Assembly: GCF_037042905.1 (NCBI RefSeq)
Contig: NC_087251.1
Span: 5,768,001-5,832,000 of the forward strand
Length of the DNA: 64,000 nucleotides
Reading direction: 5' to 3'
DNA from: Lytechinus pictus
Lineage: Eukaryota
Below the pieces are notes generated by a model, which saw nothing but the letters and a program-made list of their open reading frames with translations, had not been told where the DNA came from and ran no database searches. Below, in pieces: positions 13,185-27,491 of the stretch. Position 1 is the first letter of the stretch; every line of letters begins with the position of its first letter. A program made the translations under genes and the position numbers.

Positions 13185-16100
13185 TATTTCCCCCCCTCCC
13201 CTTCGTTTGACGAACAACCCAACCAACCACCAATGCCGCAGCCTCTCTGTTGAAATCTTTGTCAGTTTAGATCTAAAGATCTATTTTTAAATGTATCATT
13301 TGTATTGGAAGGTTGCTTGGTGTGTGGTTTTAGAATGTCAACAAAAGGCGTTTAATTACTAACTACACCAATATTAGCAGCCAGATAGTCCCCAGACCTT
13401 GGAACACCCACAATTTCAGGAGCCAAAGAAAGCAGACAAAGTGGTCTTTGTGCAAAATCACATCATCAAAAGTATAAATGAGCCCTAAGGGTGGCAATGA
13501 TGAACTTTTCTGACAAATTAATTGTTCTGTAAATTTCACCTCACATTTCCTCAAAAAAGTGATAAATCCTTTCCAGGTTAAAGCATTGGCAATGTCTCAT
13601 CACTTGTAAAATAAAAGAGATCCATCAATGTCATTCTGTAAATCTTTCCTTTAGGTTACGACCACAATAACCCTTTTTATGACGGATGGATCCTACTGCA
13701 ATCCATGCTATAACTTAAGAGAAAGAAGAAAAAAAACACAAAAAAGAGAAACTACTTCACCTAAAACTAAACAAATAATCTCTCTCTCAAATTGTCAAAT
13801 CCACAACATACCTTTTTATGTTTTTATCACAAAGAAGAAGAAATATTGACCCCTGCATCTCGAACAATATACAATAATGTGTTGCCCATTCTGCATAAAG
13901 AAGTTCCATTAGTTTCCATTTAGAAAGATATATGATTGACAGATTGAACATCATTGCTACGTGATGTACATGTATCATTATTGCAACCAGCCCTACACCT
14001 GAGAACAAGGGCTGATAGGCCTACATCTTGCTTTGGTAGGTCCCTGATCCTGTATGGTAGATACTCCATGCTGTATCCAACACCATGCATGATTTGTACT
14101 CCCCAGTTTATCCAAACAATATCCTCAGTAGTAAGTGCCCCCTAATTAATCCCTTGGATTAAGGTTGACCTGAGGTGAGGACAAGGTTATACCCCTCCAA
14201 CAACTTCCCTGGCAGGAAAAGAAAGGTCATGGAGAGGTCTACTTGCTGTATTCTGTTTATCAATGATTTAGCTAAATCTTCCCTTAGCCTCAGGCTTTAC
14301 CTGCTACTCTGTCTAGACTCCTTGGTCTAGTCATGGAGATATTTTGTATCCAGGGAATTGTGAATGAGATGGTCTAGCCAAGGACCATGATGGAAACCTC
14401 AAGTCTACCTTGCTATTCTACAGTAAAAAGTACTAAAACGGTGCAACCAGTACATGTAATAATTAAAAAAAGCTTCTGATGGCCCATGTGCAGCTCTTTA
14501 CTTTACAGCTATTTGAAGTATGAAACATTTGTAATCTAAAAATAGAATCATAGAAACTGACAAAAATATGGTGTAAATGCATAGGCCTATATTCTAATAA
14601 AAAAATGATACCACACAGAAAATGACTTAAGTAGTTTTTCCATTTGAAGCGTATCTTTATATACATTTTTTCCTAATTCAGACAAAATTTGTCTACTGGG
14701 AGTGCTTAGTCCATGACACACAATATACCAGTCAAATGAGGTAATCAAACTGCTGTTGGACTGGTTATTATGGGTATTTCCCCAAGGAGAGAGCATTTAC
14801 ACCTACTCTAAAGGTTGCATGCTGGCCTGGTTAAAGGGACCACAATTGTCATCAAAAATTGATTGGGATAGCGGCCATTCTACACTGCAGTATTAAGGCC
14901 TACATGTAATCAAATTGGTTCAATATTAGCTGCAAAAGCCACGTGGAAAACAAAAATAATGAGAACCCCATTTTTCTTTGTTCCATCTGTGGATGCCCTG
15001 AAAAAAAAGTGGCACTTCCCTTAAAACATAGCAAACAGCAATGTACATGTAGACTTACATTCAAACTCTTTATATTTAGTTCACAAACCTATTCTAGCCG
15101 TGGAAATGCACTTTTCCATCTCAAACTATACATGACATGTATTTATTTTCGAGAACATGAAGACATATATGATCTAATACATGTAGGGATAACACAAGAT
15201 CTTGTACACTTGTGAATTATGAATGATTTTGGACTTTTCCCCAAAGTGCTTGAAAATGACAAAGATATGAGGAACCCTCCCCACTCTTCAGTATATCAAT
15301 ACAATTCCCAATGATTCGTTAGTCGAAGTCTACTGAAGCGTAGTGTTAATATCATGGTCAAGAGGTCACACTAATGGAATGAAACCAATGACTTGACCGT
15401 ATGTCTGACACGAGAGCAATGCATCAAGAACCATAAGCTTTAGCCAATTTTATATCAAATCTAAAAGTAGCTGATTGGGAGAATCCAAATAGGAACTGAT
15501 CGCACTCTGAATAACCCAGACTCGCTACCCTGGGAATTTCTAGGTTCATGAGTATATATCATGCTGTTTACTGGAGTTAGAATCAGAGAGGCCTACATTA
15601 AAACATTTTTTCTACTCAGATTTCCAAATATGGTTTGTGTCAATGACACGCTGGTTTGCTACCGGTAATCAGTTAGCAATTTAACACAAACAGCACAATA
15701 CATGTTAATATTGATCTCATAATTACATGTAAATGTAGGACAGGGTTAGAAAGGCCAGTGATTTACTCACCAAATGACTTGATTGATGTGTAAGAAACAC
15801 AATCAACAATTCTTGTTCTCAATTCTCCTTCACTTTCTTTTTAGTATGATTGAGGCTACACTGGAGCAAGGATAATGACCTTCAATCTAAAAATAGAAAT
15901 TATGTTTCTATTCACCAGGTTTGCCTTTATTTCAATGCTACCCATCCACATTTGATAAGATTATCTAATCAAGCTTTGTCTTCAACACATCAAAAACTTG
16001 TTTTGATATGAGGGTATTGCCCTGTGATCTATCTAGCTTCTGTGTCGTTTGTTTTTCTTTCAGGAGGTTTCAAAACTAAAAAAAAAGGGCCTCACACTAT

Positions 16101-17716
16101 ACAGCTGGTAAGAAGTGAAGCTGGTTATTATGGTCAAGTATATTTTTACAACTTATTGTACAAGTTGAGACACGTTGGTATATTTATCACTCATTCAAGA
16201 GTTATCACTTGTTGTTGATGGTCTAAGAATAGATAGAGACCTTATAGTCTACATACTAATTACCCATAAATTGAAAGTGAAAATAAGAAACTTCTGAATG
16301 TATACACCCGAATAAAATATTCACTGACTGTTATCTTCACTCAATCAAAAGTATTTATTTCTAACATTATATGACCTAACCAAATAATACTTATTGTAAA
16401 GTTAGGATATATTTTGTGTTTTTATGTTTTCTTTTTCTGAACAATTTGGTCTCATGTGAACAAAATCAACTTGTTGGCAATTATTCTAGCGATTATTGGC
16501 TAAAGGATGTGACCTCAATATCTTAATTCTAAATTCACTACAATCATTTTCGCACACATACCACCCCCCCCCCCCTTCAATAACATGTGAATAATCTGGG
16601 CTGATGGAAAAAAAATGTTGCTGTCTCCACTTTTACATGTACACAAAAAATACCGGTACAGGCAAGACATTAAAAAAAAGCCAACTGACCCTTACAAATT
16701 TCAGACTTTTTTGGAAAAGTCAACTTGTACTTTCCATCTTTCACAATCATATTCTATCGAAAGCATATATAAACATTTTTTTATTCAGGGACAAAGGAGC
16801 AAGCAATATTCAATTTTTCCAGGTAAAATTTGAAAATCAATACTAGCTTGCCTGTTAGCACTAAAATTTGTTCACTTAAAATCTTTTGTCCCTGCTCGAA
16901 CTCTAAGCCATAATCTTAGAAATTACAAGCATACACACTACAGAGAAATGGAGTGATTAACCTGACGTCCAGTGCCCTAACCCAGCCAGCTTGCCACGCT
17001 TCTATCTACTCCTTAGAGCAGTCAAGAAAACGGAGGTCACTAATAATTCTTAGAATAGTTGTGAATGCACTAAGGCGTTATGAGAAAAACACAACAAGGG
17101 CAACAATAATTACCACATCAATATATTTAGCATTACATCAGTTGAAAGAGAGGTTATGACAATAGGTACTATAAAGACCATATGTACCTAGACAACGACT
17201 AAGAGGTTGGCACGTATCCCAAATTTGACCTTAAGTTTATTGATCAGGTATTGCATGTACCCATCTTTGTTTATTGTAAACATCCAAATCTGGGTACTTA
17301 ACTACCATATCTAATGAACCTCACTGATTGATTACACATGCAGATCATAATGAAAACTGAAAATCAGACAAACAAAAACACTCCTGAAAGTACAAAATTG
17401 TCTGTATTTATTTTTTCGTTACAGGCCCTAAATTGTTTTTTATAAGACGGCACTTGCTTGAATACCAGATTCCACTCGGAAATATATTTAGGTACCTGGG
17501 GCTGAGCCATCCAGACTTTACAGATCAGGTCAGTCTGGCCTGGGAGTCCTGTACCTCAAGCTACATTTTATACCTCAAACACTGCAGAACAATAAAGGCA
17601 CATCTTCAGGTGTTTCCATTTTAAACAGCTCAAATGCAACTTTTGTCTTGCCTGTCTGGATGAAAGTTTCAACATCCTCATTACTTTCATAAATTTCTTT
17701 GTTTTCAACCACTTAC

Positions 17717-18300
17717 CAAGTGAATATTTTAGTTCCTTGCACAGGATACAACTCTTGTCTCTGTCCTTAGTTTTACGAAATATGTTTAGCTCCTTGAAAG
17801 TCGACACCAGGATATTTATCTCCCAGAACATGCCAACAGACTCTCTCACGAGGCGGCATCAAAGTCAAACAGATACCGGTACTTGATGTGAATGAGTTTT
17901 CGATACAAGTTTTTATATCTAGCTTCAGTTTACAAATGTAGCTTGCATGAGAAAAATTTTTCACAATGCTTATACCTTGGTTCATACAGTTCAGAGCCTT
18001 CAGTTTGTAAATCCTGGCACAATGAATGAATGGAACCCATAGATCAGCTGAGTACAGGTCAATAATAATAATATCCACAGACTGTCAGGAGGCAGCTTGT
18101 TAAATGCTGCAGAGCTGATAATGACAGGTTACTACTATACTACTATGATTCACTCAACCAGATTTTTTTTTTCTTTTCTATCTGCCTGATTACTACAATG
18201 GTGTGTGCAGTCAAAACACAGTCATCAAGGGCACTGCCTAGGTAAACAGACTGATCCATTCTGAAGCAGGGAAGCTGAGGTGGTTGTGTTTTTGTATTCC
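17717..18300 (-). other. Candidate alternative first exon of the BH3-only gene (5' boundary approximate)
   Basis: Strong donor CTTG|gtaagt at 17716-17715 lies directly downstream (minus sense) of a promoter-like motif cluster at 18360-18590. An ATG at 17831 would be in frame with the 7853 acceptor. Confidence 0.35.
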
Positions 18301-18359
18301 CCTCATCCAGTCTCCATATAATACATGCTGTCTCGCTCGGCTGCACATGGTCACGTTCT

Positions 18360-18590
18360 GTGAGTCACCCCTCTACAGGAATGTTTACAACACAGTCGGC
18401 AAGGCTGGGCAGCCAGCCAATCAGAATGAAGCTCATTTGCATGATTGAGGCCCTTCCCACTTACTACTTCATGAATAATTCATGTGACAACAGTGAGGAG
18501 CACAGTCCCACCAATCATGATAAACTCATGTGATATGTCATCGGCCAATAATAGTCCAGATCTGATTGTCTACGTCATAAGGCGGGAGAC
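18360..18590. promoter_or_regulatory. Promoter/enhancer-like motif cluster
   Basis: TGAGTCA (AP-1) at 18361, TGTTTAC (Fox) at 18382, CCAAT at 18417, 18511 and 18545, ATTTGCAT (octamer) at 18435, ACGTCA (CRE half-site) at 18572 and GGCGGGA at 18581, all within about 230 bp. Confidence 0.45.
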
Positions 18591-21500
18591 AAGCTAAGCT
18601 AGGCAAGTCAATTCTACAAACACTTATTATCATGTTAATTATGTAAATCCTACTGCCCATGAGGATTAGAAAGAATAGCAACTCTTTATCTCCTACTGTA
18701 TGTATTTCTTTGGTTAGTTACCAGCAACTCTGCAAAACATTGATCTGCAGATGTTTTGTCTTACTGAAATAATCCTCTGAGATTAATGATAACATTAGGC
18801 AAACAATAATCCTAGAAAAGACAATGAAACGAAAGTTGAAATTAATGTCAGCAGAATCACTTTCGCTTTCTAAACTGCCCTGTCAATTCATCTTTCATCA
18901 GTAGGTATGACTCACAAAGAAATAAGTTTTGTAATTACACACCTGCAAAGGGGGCAATCTTTCTCTCATCAGGGTTAACCCCTATAATTTACAATGCAAC
19001 CACAAACCTGATGAAAAAGAAGACTTTTTTATTCTATCTTTTTTTCCCTGGAAATATCAGAGGGTAGATGTAGTATACCATTGTTCTTTAACTTTATTTT
19101 TGTTACCTGCTTCGTTTTATAGTTGCAGGCATATATAATATCATGGTTCATCAAAACACATGAAAGAGGTTTGAATAATAGACTAAAAGAGGTCAATGTA
19201 GCTCATGCACTGAAACTGTCTAACCAGTCTTCTCTCAAGAAGAAAATTAGTCTATCCCTGCAGACTTTCATTTGATTCACTTATTATGCGTGTGAACCCT
19301 ACAGTACAATCAATTGTAATACATGTAATTCACCCATCTTTTTCTTAAACAAAATCACACACTTCCAACTATACAGATTGATAAGATCATGAACACTGTA
19401 TAACATTCCTAGCACCTTTTCTATGATTTGCAATTAACCTCATTGATGTGAGATAGGCTTTACATTTTGACCTAATTCCTGCAAAGTGCATAAAGTTCAA
19501 ATTAAAATCATGATGAATAACAAAAAAGAGGTTGTCTTGAGATCAATACCTAACCCTTTCTTGAATTCAAAGAATAAACATGCCATAGATGTTTCACTTA
19601 TCTATATTTACTGATCTATATTGTACCCATAGATTTGATACACACCCATGAACAAAAAGTGCAGGAACTTCTTTAAATTTCACAAATATCTATTTAAAAA
19701 GAGAATATGCTCACGTTCAGTTCAAAGAAAAAGAAAAGCCACATGAATTAAACACATGCTGCTGTTGGTAAGCTCATGAATCATGAATTATAAAATTTAT
19801 TAAAAAATAATAGTTTCACTGCAATGTAGATGACACCAAGCAGGGGGGGGGGGCAGACCATAAGATGCCATAAACTTTCAGGGGGCATTTCATAAAATCA
19901 GGGAAATGTTCCTGTTATTTTAGGCTGTAATTTAATGGATACATCCAATATTTACATTATAAATAACAAAGGGGGTAATTTTCAGTTATACCTGTAATAA
20001 TCATTTTGGGAAAAGTGATAATGATGAGGTCTAAATGCCAATATATACACACCAATCAATCATGCTTTTAAGACAGCCTAAGTTAAAGCAATGCAAGATA
20101 GCAAATTGGGATGACAATGGGGGGGGGGGGTCTGCTAGTATACCTGTCCTGGCTTGCAGCCAAAAAGCTTTACCTGTGTACTGTACTGTGCTGTTTACAA
20201 AAATAACTGGAGAGAACAAAGAGATTCAGTGTGTTTATCATTCACCTGACAGCAGACAAAAGCTGCCAATCTTTCATGGTTTACACTCATGCTATCTAGA
20301 ACATTGTATCCCCACTTCAACAGTGTAGAGAAAGGATCAAAGGAGTCCAGACATTTCTTTTTTTGTGTATGTGTGTGGGTGTGTGTGTGTGTGGGGGGGG
20401 GGTGGCGCTGGTAATTCCAATGGGGAGGGAGGGGTAGAAATCATTTTTCCCCTCAATTTTAAAAGACAGTTCACCTCAATACATTTTCCCCTTTCATTTA
20501 ATGTTTATCACTGGGGGTAACATTCAGGCCTGCTCCCTTTCCCCTCTCCCATAACTTTTACCAATGTGGTATGATTCACTCTAGGAAAGGTGGTCACCAA
20601 CTTCATGTTTAATACCCCCATTGGGATTTCAAGCAGGGTTGATATATGTTTGTAACAGGGTTAGGTGCAAACACATGTCATCGGGTGAGAAGTATTAATT
20701 CAATACATTGGAATTACTTTTCCAGCTGTTTGCATCAATCATATTGCCATTTACCAGTTAAGTACAGTATGCCTAACAACCAAGTGCTGATCGTTTTAAG
20801 AGTAATTATGGACATGACATCAAGTGGTGAAAGCCATATCCCTTCTTCAAGTGTATATTGTTGATTCCAACTTTTCCACCAAATACATACCATCAAATGA
20901 ATTTGATATCAATCACACTGGTAGTCAAAAGGTGCTTAATCAAAACAAATTACTGTGTGAAAACGTCTGATATAAACTTGGAGGTCATCAAATTATTTTT
21001 TTTTTAAAGCTTGACTGTTCTACAGAATAATTTTTCAAGTTCCTCTGAAGCATTAACAGAACAAGAGCTGATATGGTCTACAAGGTATGAATGGCACCTG
21101 GATGCAACATAACCCTGATCAGATCAATATTATTACATCAGCTTAGAAAATCACTTTCATTTTGAGAAGAAAGATAGAGAGAAAGAGGATCGAGAAAGGA
21201 GAGAGAAATGGGGATGAAAATGAGGGAAAGATAATAAAATGAGATGGAAGAGGATGAGTTAAATTTAAGAGGGTAGGTTGCACATCTAAGTCTGCTGGTA
21301 CTTTCAATACCAATATGCAATTACAGCTCTGATTAATTGTGTCAATCCCATTAGAATACCCATGATAAAAAATATGTTAAATCCCTTTTTAATTAAAATA
21401 AAAACCTTTTATATTGTATATACCCAGCAGATCCCTTTTTTGAAACACCTGTGAGCATTAATATAAAACAGACAGAATGAATACAGAAATACATTAAATA

Positions 21501-22240
21501 ATCAAGCAATACAAATTGCATAGATTTAAACAACTAAAATCCATGTTTTCTTTGACTGACAAATTCAATTAACTAAATTGGCATATTCAGCAACCTCTCT
21601 TGGTTTATTATTTGTGCATTAATTTTTTATCTGTAGATTTTATTTACACTTTTTTCTTCAGAAATTACCATTTCCATCCTTCACTAAATTTTCACATAAT
21701 TTCACCAAAAAATATGAGAAGCAAAATCATTTTCGCTTTTCCTTTTGATTTCCTTTTGAGACGTCTTGATTATAAGCAACATTAATTAATTTGTGGGCAT
21801 TTTCTAACACGTTCTTTTAACACCTGTTTATTGCCCATAACTTTTATAGCAACTGAACTTGTTAAAAGGTGAGGCAAAGCATGAAAAAAAGGAGCTGATG
21901 AAGGTAATCTAATCCTCCATACTGTGCGACCTAAATACATATCATTAACCCTCAAGTGCACTTTCATTATCACAGCAGTAGACTGAACTCTTTCCTTTAT
22001 GCATTTCATGCAACAATAGACCATTATTCAAAAAGTACAAAGAGGTTCAACTTTTAATCTAAAAATGACAAGGAATTCTTTTAATCTGAATTAACTTCAG
22101 TCTATTGAATCAGTTTGTATACATCACTTGCTTACAATGCATTAAAAGAAAGTCATGATTGCAATGTGCATTCTTCCGATTGTTAACAGGTGGATGTAAC
22201 ACCTTCTTACAGAGATAGATCACTTTGAATCATCAAAAAT

Positions 22241-22470
22241 ATATACACAACCCAGGTGAGATAACTGGGGCATGTACTGGTATGTAGGAATAGATTGAGC
22301 TATAAACACAAGTGTGCAACAAAAGCTACTCTATTTACTCTAGGGCTATTACAAATACATACACACAACCCAGGCGAGATAACTGGGACATGCATGCAGG
22401 AATAGATCTATTGAGCTAAAAACACAGGTGTGCAACAAAAGCTGCTCTATTTACTCTAGGGCTATTACAA
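22241..22470. repeat. Tandem duplication of about 115 bp
   Basis: acacaacccaggYgagataactggg...gtgtgcaacaaaagctRctctatttactctagggctattacaa is present twice. Confidence 0.85.
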
Positions 22471-23507
22471 TTCAAAAGCACAGATTCTTGATAGAGAAGC
22501 TTTATATTTAGATATGTAATCAAAATTTTGCGCATTCCTCCTTTCCAATATTTTGGGACATTCATAAAAGCATGTTTTAAATAGAGAAACAAGAAATATA
22601 TGAAGACTTGATTCAAAGCATTATAATGTTGTTCCTACATCAACAGGCGAAGGAATACCAGGTCATGCCTCCAGAAATGAAATAATTTCAACATGAAAAG
22701 TCAATGGGACTTCACATTCATATAAAAAATATTGGAACATAGGCCCAGTCTCCCTGAATGCTGCGACTATCACTTGGAAAAAAATACACTGAGGTAAGTC
22801 TTTATTAAAGGCAAAATCTTTTGCTTACTAATATGACCCCTAACCCTGACAGAGATTACAATAAACCTAATTGTGACCTAGATAATTTTAGAATCTTGAA
22901 CCCCAAGGTACCTATATTTGACCACAGTGTGTCCATGAATGGCACTTCTTGCTTTATTATTGCTTGTTTCAAATTAGATTACTAGTAACCTTGAATCCCA
23001 ACAAAATGTTGTCAGCACCAGAAAGAAAGCGGTGCCCTCCAATGTTTTTTTCTTCAAATGAGGAAATGATGATTAGCAAGCATCTAATACCTCATAATCT
23101 AATTGATTCAGCCAATAATCATGGATTGTACCCCCTTGAGAGTAATATGTTGGATACTAGAAGGAAACCAAGGATGTTAATGGTAGGTGGTTATCTGTTT
23201 TGTCATCACCACAAAGCATTCTCAGGATTAATCTTTAGTCTTTTACAAGGACAGTGTTGTGATAATATCTAATAATTAGCTCCTATCACTGCCTAATTAT
23301 TGATTTGATTAGAAAAGAAATTCAATTGGGATGGATGTGAACAAGGTCAAACAATTGTTTGCACTGTTAACATACAATTTTGTGGAAACAAAAGAAGACA
23401 AAAACTCTTGGCTTTAGTCCAGATAGAACTCAAACTTTTCTTTAAATCATAAAACTGCCATAATGGCCATCAATTGTAATGGACCTAGAAACAATGCACT
23501 CCCATTA

Positions 23508-23981
23508 GGTGGTTTCAGACCGCCTCGAAGTTCGTCAGTTCCAGGTATTCTCTGATCGGGAAATTTACCCCGATCAGAAAATACCAGGTATTTTGGTAAT
23601 GTGAAAGCAAACTACGCGTAATTTCCCCGAAAGAAAATACCCGCTAAATAGTAGGTACTTCGCGAAATTACGAGAACTTTCGCAGGGATTTTTCCAAGGT
23701 CGCAGGTATTTTGGTAATGTGAAAGCAATTTACGGGAACTTTTAGCCCAGTGTGTCATTGGGCGCGGGCGCCGTGGGTGGCTGCTGGGCTAGTGGTTTTG
23801 AATCTCGCGCCTTGCCTGCTTATTAGACCATACTGCGCATGCTCCTAACTTCAGGAATTTATCCCGAAGGGTATGTTTCGGGGCGGTGTGAATGCAGGAA
23901 TAATTAATGGGTATTTTTTAGCCTAAAAAAGTTCTCGTAATTTAACGGGGATTCTTATGATCGAGGCGGTTTGGAACCACC
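23508..23981. mobile_element. MITE with 21-bp TIRs
   Basis: ggtggtttcagaccgcctcga ... tcgaggcggtttggaaccacc (2 mismatches). Flanked by TA/TA, or by ATT/ATT if extended 1 bp. The internal repeat caggtattttggtaatgtgaaagcaa occurs twice. Confidence 0.85.
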
Positions 23982-24099
23982 TATTAAAACGAATATGTGT
24001 GCACAGAAATTGAGATGTATTCAATGAAATCCAAGTTTATATTTATTACATGGTCTGCCTAAATCATCAAGTAAAATAAAACTTCAAAATGAGTGAAAC

Positions 24100-24103
<4 letters not shown>

Positions 24104-24132
<29 letters not shown>
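24104..24132. repeat. (GA)n microsatellite
   Basis: Pure GA run. Confidence 0.9.
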
Positions 24133-24137
<5 letters not shown>

Positions 24138-24315
24138 TGGGTGGAGCATGTTCCAATCAAGATTTGCATATCATGCATATATACATAATAGTATATGGTA
24201 GTAAAATACGAGCTGTGATTGGATAGATTGGTGCCACGTGACCTCCCTTCAAAAAGTTATATTTTACATATGTTCAATATAACTTTCGATTTTTAGAGGG
24301 TAAAACCCATGTTAA

Positions 24316-24910
24316 AGGGGAATCCAACCCAAATAAAAACTTGTTTTTATAAGGAAAAGAAAAATCAGACAAGTTGATAGGTGAAAGTTTGAACAATATT
24401 GGACAAACAACAAGAAAGTTATGAATTTTTAAAAGTTGTATATATTGGTAATCACTATACCCATGGAGACTTAAAATTGGCCGCATATGGGATGTCATAG
24501 TGAAGTAAGGCAAGGACTACTCTTCCATGTACTCCAATACATATTATGGCTAAAATTTCATTTTTCCTAAAAGTTTTATTTCAAATTATATTTTGCTTTC
24601 ATGAGGACATAAAACAATATACTACCTGGGTTAAATTTAGATTACTGCCCCAGGGGAATGGGTACTTAGGATAAAACCACAAATCCCTGATAATAAAATA
24701 CATGGCCTATGGGAAAGTTGTCCTTGCCCCTTGTCATAATTTACTTACCCAGTTGCCAATTTGAAATCTACATAGTATTAGTGATCTCAATTTTAAAGCA
24801 GCTATAACTTTCTTATTGCTTGTCCGATTTCTTTCAAACTTTCACCATTCTGTTTGATTCATTTTTCTCCTTCCCAACACAACATTTTATAGCCAAGGCT
24901 GGATTCCCCT
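24316..24910. mobile_element. Non-autonomous TTAA-TSD DNA transposon (Kolobok-like)
   Basis: TTAA|aggggaatcca ... tggattcccct|TTAA; AG..CT termini. Confidence 0.85.
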
Positions 24911-25204
24911 TTAAATGAATGAGGAGAATATCGATTAATGGCAATGCACATTTAGCCAGTAAGTCTGCATTTACTAAAGCGCATGCAATGCGTTGAATCT
25001 TCATTTTTATAGTGACGTCACCTTTATCTAACCCGCACTAGGGATAATTTCTTACTTGTCGTACATATAACCCAGTATACAATAGATTGTACACTATTTA
25101 TATAATATTGTTCATTTAAAGCATACATGATTTTTAGTTCCTGAAAGTATGTAAACCATCATCTCAAAATCCCTAAAAATTTGAATCTGAAAAAAAAAGT
25201 CAGT

Positions 25205-25350
25205 GAGGACCCCTCGGTAGACCAGCAGCACCATGATTGATGCTGCTGAGTAGGGCCATCCTCCCGTTATTTTTCATTTATCAATTTTGCATCATCGTTA
25301 TTTGTTTTTTTAACGGAAATAAATTCAATCAGTCAATCAATCAATCAATT
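25205..25350 (+). repeat. Probable 3' end of a non-LTR retroelement
   Basis: A GC-richer segment is followed by AATAAA and a (TCAA)n tail. Confidence 0.4.
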
Positions 25351-26890
25351 AAGCATTATCTTCCAGTCATAATGCAAAATTTTATGTTACTAGTATTTGC
25401 TCTTGCATCAGTATGTGTGTTTTACAGTATATACAGCTGTATAAAAGATTTTATTATTACCATATCACTTTAACTGTGTTGTGTTTTATAGTGCAATACT
25501 GTATGTTTTTGTGTGGACTGCTATTAACACCCTCACACATACAAAAATAAAAGAGCAACCAGAAAATTCTTAAAACAAAAAGTAAGAAAAAAGTTTGAAG
25601 ATCCAAAACATACCCAACAAGCTGTACTCCATTATTTCACTCCAGATGTTCTACACATGAATGAAAATATGAAACACTAAAATTCAATCAGTCTGCAGTG
25701 CTCAGTGCAAGTCACTTTAAAATTCACAAATTGCATTATGATATATCATGGAATCAAAACAGTCATGAATGAAAGCCAGCTGGGGGAAGCAACCTATAAT
25801 CCTAGCTTCCATATTGATAATTCTGAGTTCATTTTGTGACAGAAGTAAACCAGAACTTAGAAGCAGTCACCTTTAGGCACAAATGTGAGCGACTATGATC
25901 ACAATTGGCAATGATTAGAACATCTCCATCTTACAGCAAACATTCAATAACAGAATTGACTCTGATGAAAAGAACATCCATCCCGCCTGAGTCACATTTG
26001 TGCATCAACTGGCAAGCATCAACTGGCAAGCAACTCATTCATCCAACGATCATGCACGGTACATGATCTGTGTGCTTTTCCGATCCATCTAGCTTGACTT
26101 GGAGTGCGTGCGCGAGATGCATGCTCATATAACGATGACTAGATGATGCGTCAACGAACCACTGAGCAGGACTGGAGTATCATTCAGCCAGCATAGAATG
26201 GATGAGAGCCTCTATGAAAGTGGAGCTGAGGGGGCGAATGTTTGCTTTGATAATGCCCAGGATATTGTTAAAGGGATATGATTTGATTTAGAAAAAAAAA
26301 ATTAAAAAGGGGCAACTAAAAAGAAATTGAAAGGAATATCATACCAAAAAAGATCTAACCAATTGATAGAAATACAAACTAAAAAAGATAAAGTTTATGA
26401 ACCATGTACATGTAAGAGAATATTTTAGAAATGGATAAAAAATATAAATATTTGACAGGATAGTCATAATTACCATGAGTGTAAAGTATGGTAAAGCAAA
26501 AGATTTACCTGTATATCAGTAAATCTATTCTATTTGGCAAAGAGGATAGCAAAGATAGTAAAATGGTCTCCTTGATTTTTGTTTTAGTTTTTAGACTGAT
26601 GATGTAAATGTCTATTTTCGAACATAATGTAATACACTACACACACCAGTCACAGAAAAATGATTTCAGAATGAATCACATTAAATGACCCTCCCCCTCG
26701 CACAGAAGTCCTCCCAACTGCTTATATCAGAAGATGGTTAAGAATCCCCATTCAAATTCCATTAATCAAAACAATAGTTTATAATTATTTTGAAATAATG
26801 ACAGTCTTGTTAAAAACTGGTTGTCCCCTTAGTGGGCAAGTATTCATTGATTCTAACTTAACATGTAAAGATAGGTATTATTCTTAATAA

Positions 26891-27491
26891 AGGACAAGTC
26901 CACCCCAACAAAAAGTTGATTTTAATAAAAAGAGAAAAATCCAGCAAGCATAACTCTGAAAATGTCATCAAAATTCGATGTAAAACAACAAAGTTATGAC
27001 ATTCTTAAGGTTTACTTAATTTCACAAAACAGTTAAATGTACATCCTGGTCGGTATGCAAATGAGGAGGCCGATGACATCCTCCACTTACCATCGGTATT
27101 TCTTTTGTATTTAATATGAAATATGACATATTCTAATTTTCTCCTCAATGTCATGTGAAACAAAGATTTATTACTTCTTGAACATGTGGTATTACCATTA
27201 TTTTAACATTTTATGTTTCAGTGAAGTTGGTTCTTATTGTAAAATGTGTAAATATTTGAATATTGTACAATTCAAACAATAAGAAACAAAAGAAATAGTG
27301 AATAATGGGCATCATCGACTCTCATTTGCATGTCACCGAGTTGTGCATAACTGTTTTGTGAAAAATAAGCAAAATATTAAATGTCATAACTTTCTTATTT
27401 TACATCCGATTTTGATGAAATTTTCAGGATTATACTTGCTTGATTTTCTCCATTGATTCAATTCAACGTTTTTCTGGGGTGGACTTGACCT
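26891..27491. mobile_element. Non-autonomous TTAA-type DNA transposon (Kolobok-like)
   Basis: ATAA|aggacaagtccacccca...aagttga and tcaacg...tggggtggacttgacct|TTAA form imperfect TIRs of about 29 bp. Confidence 0.8.
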
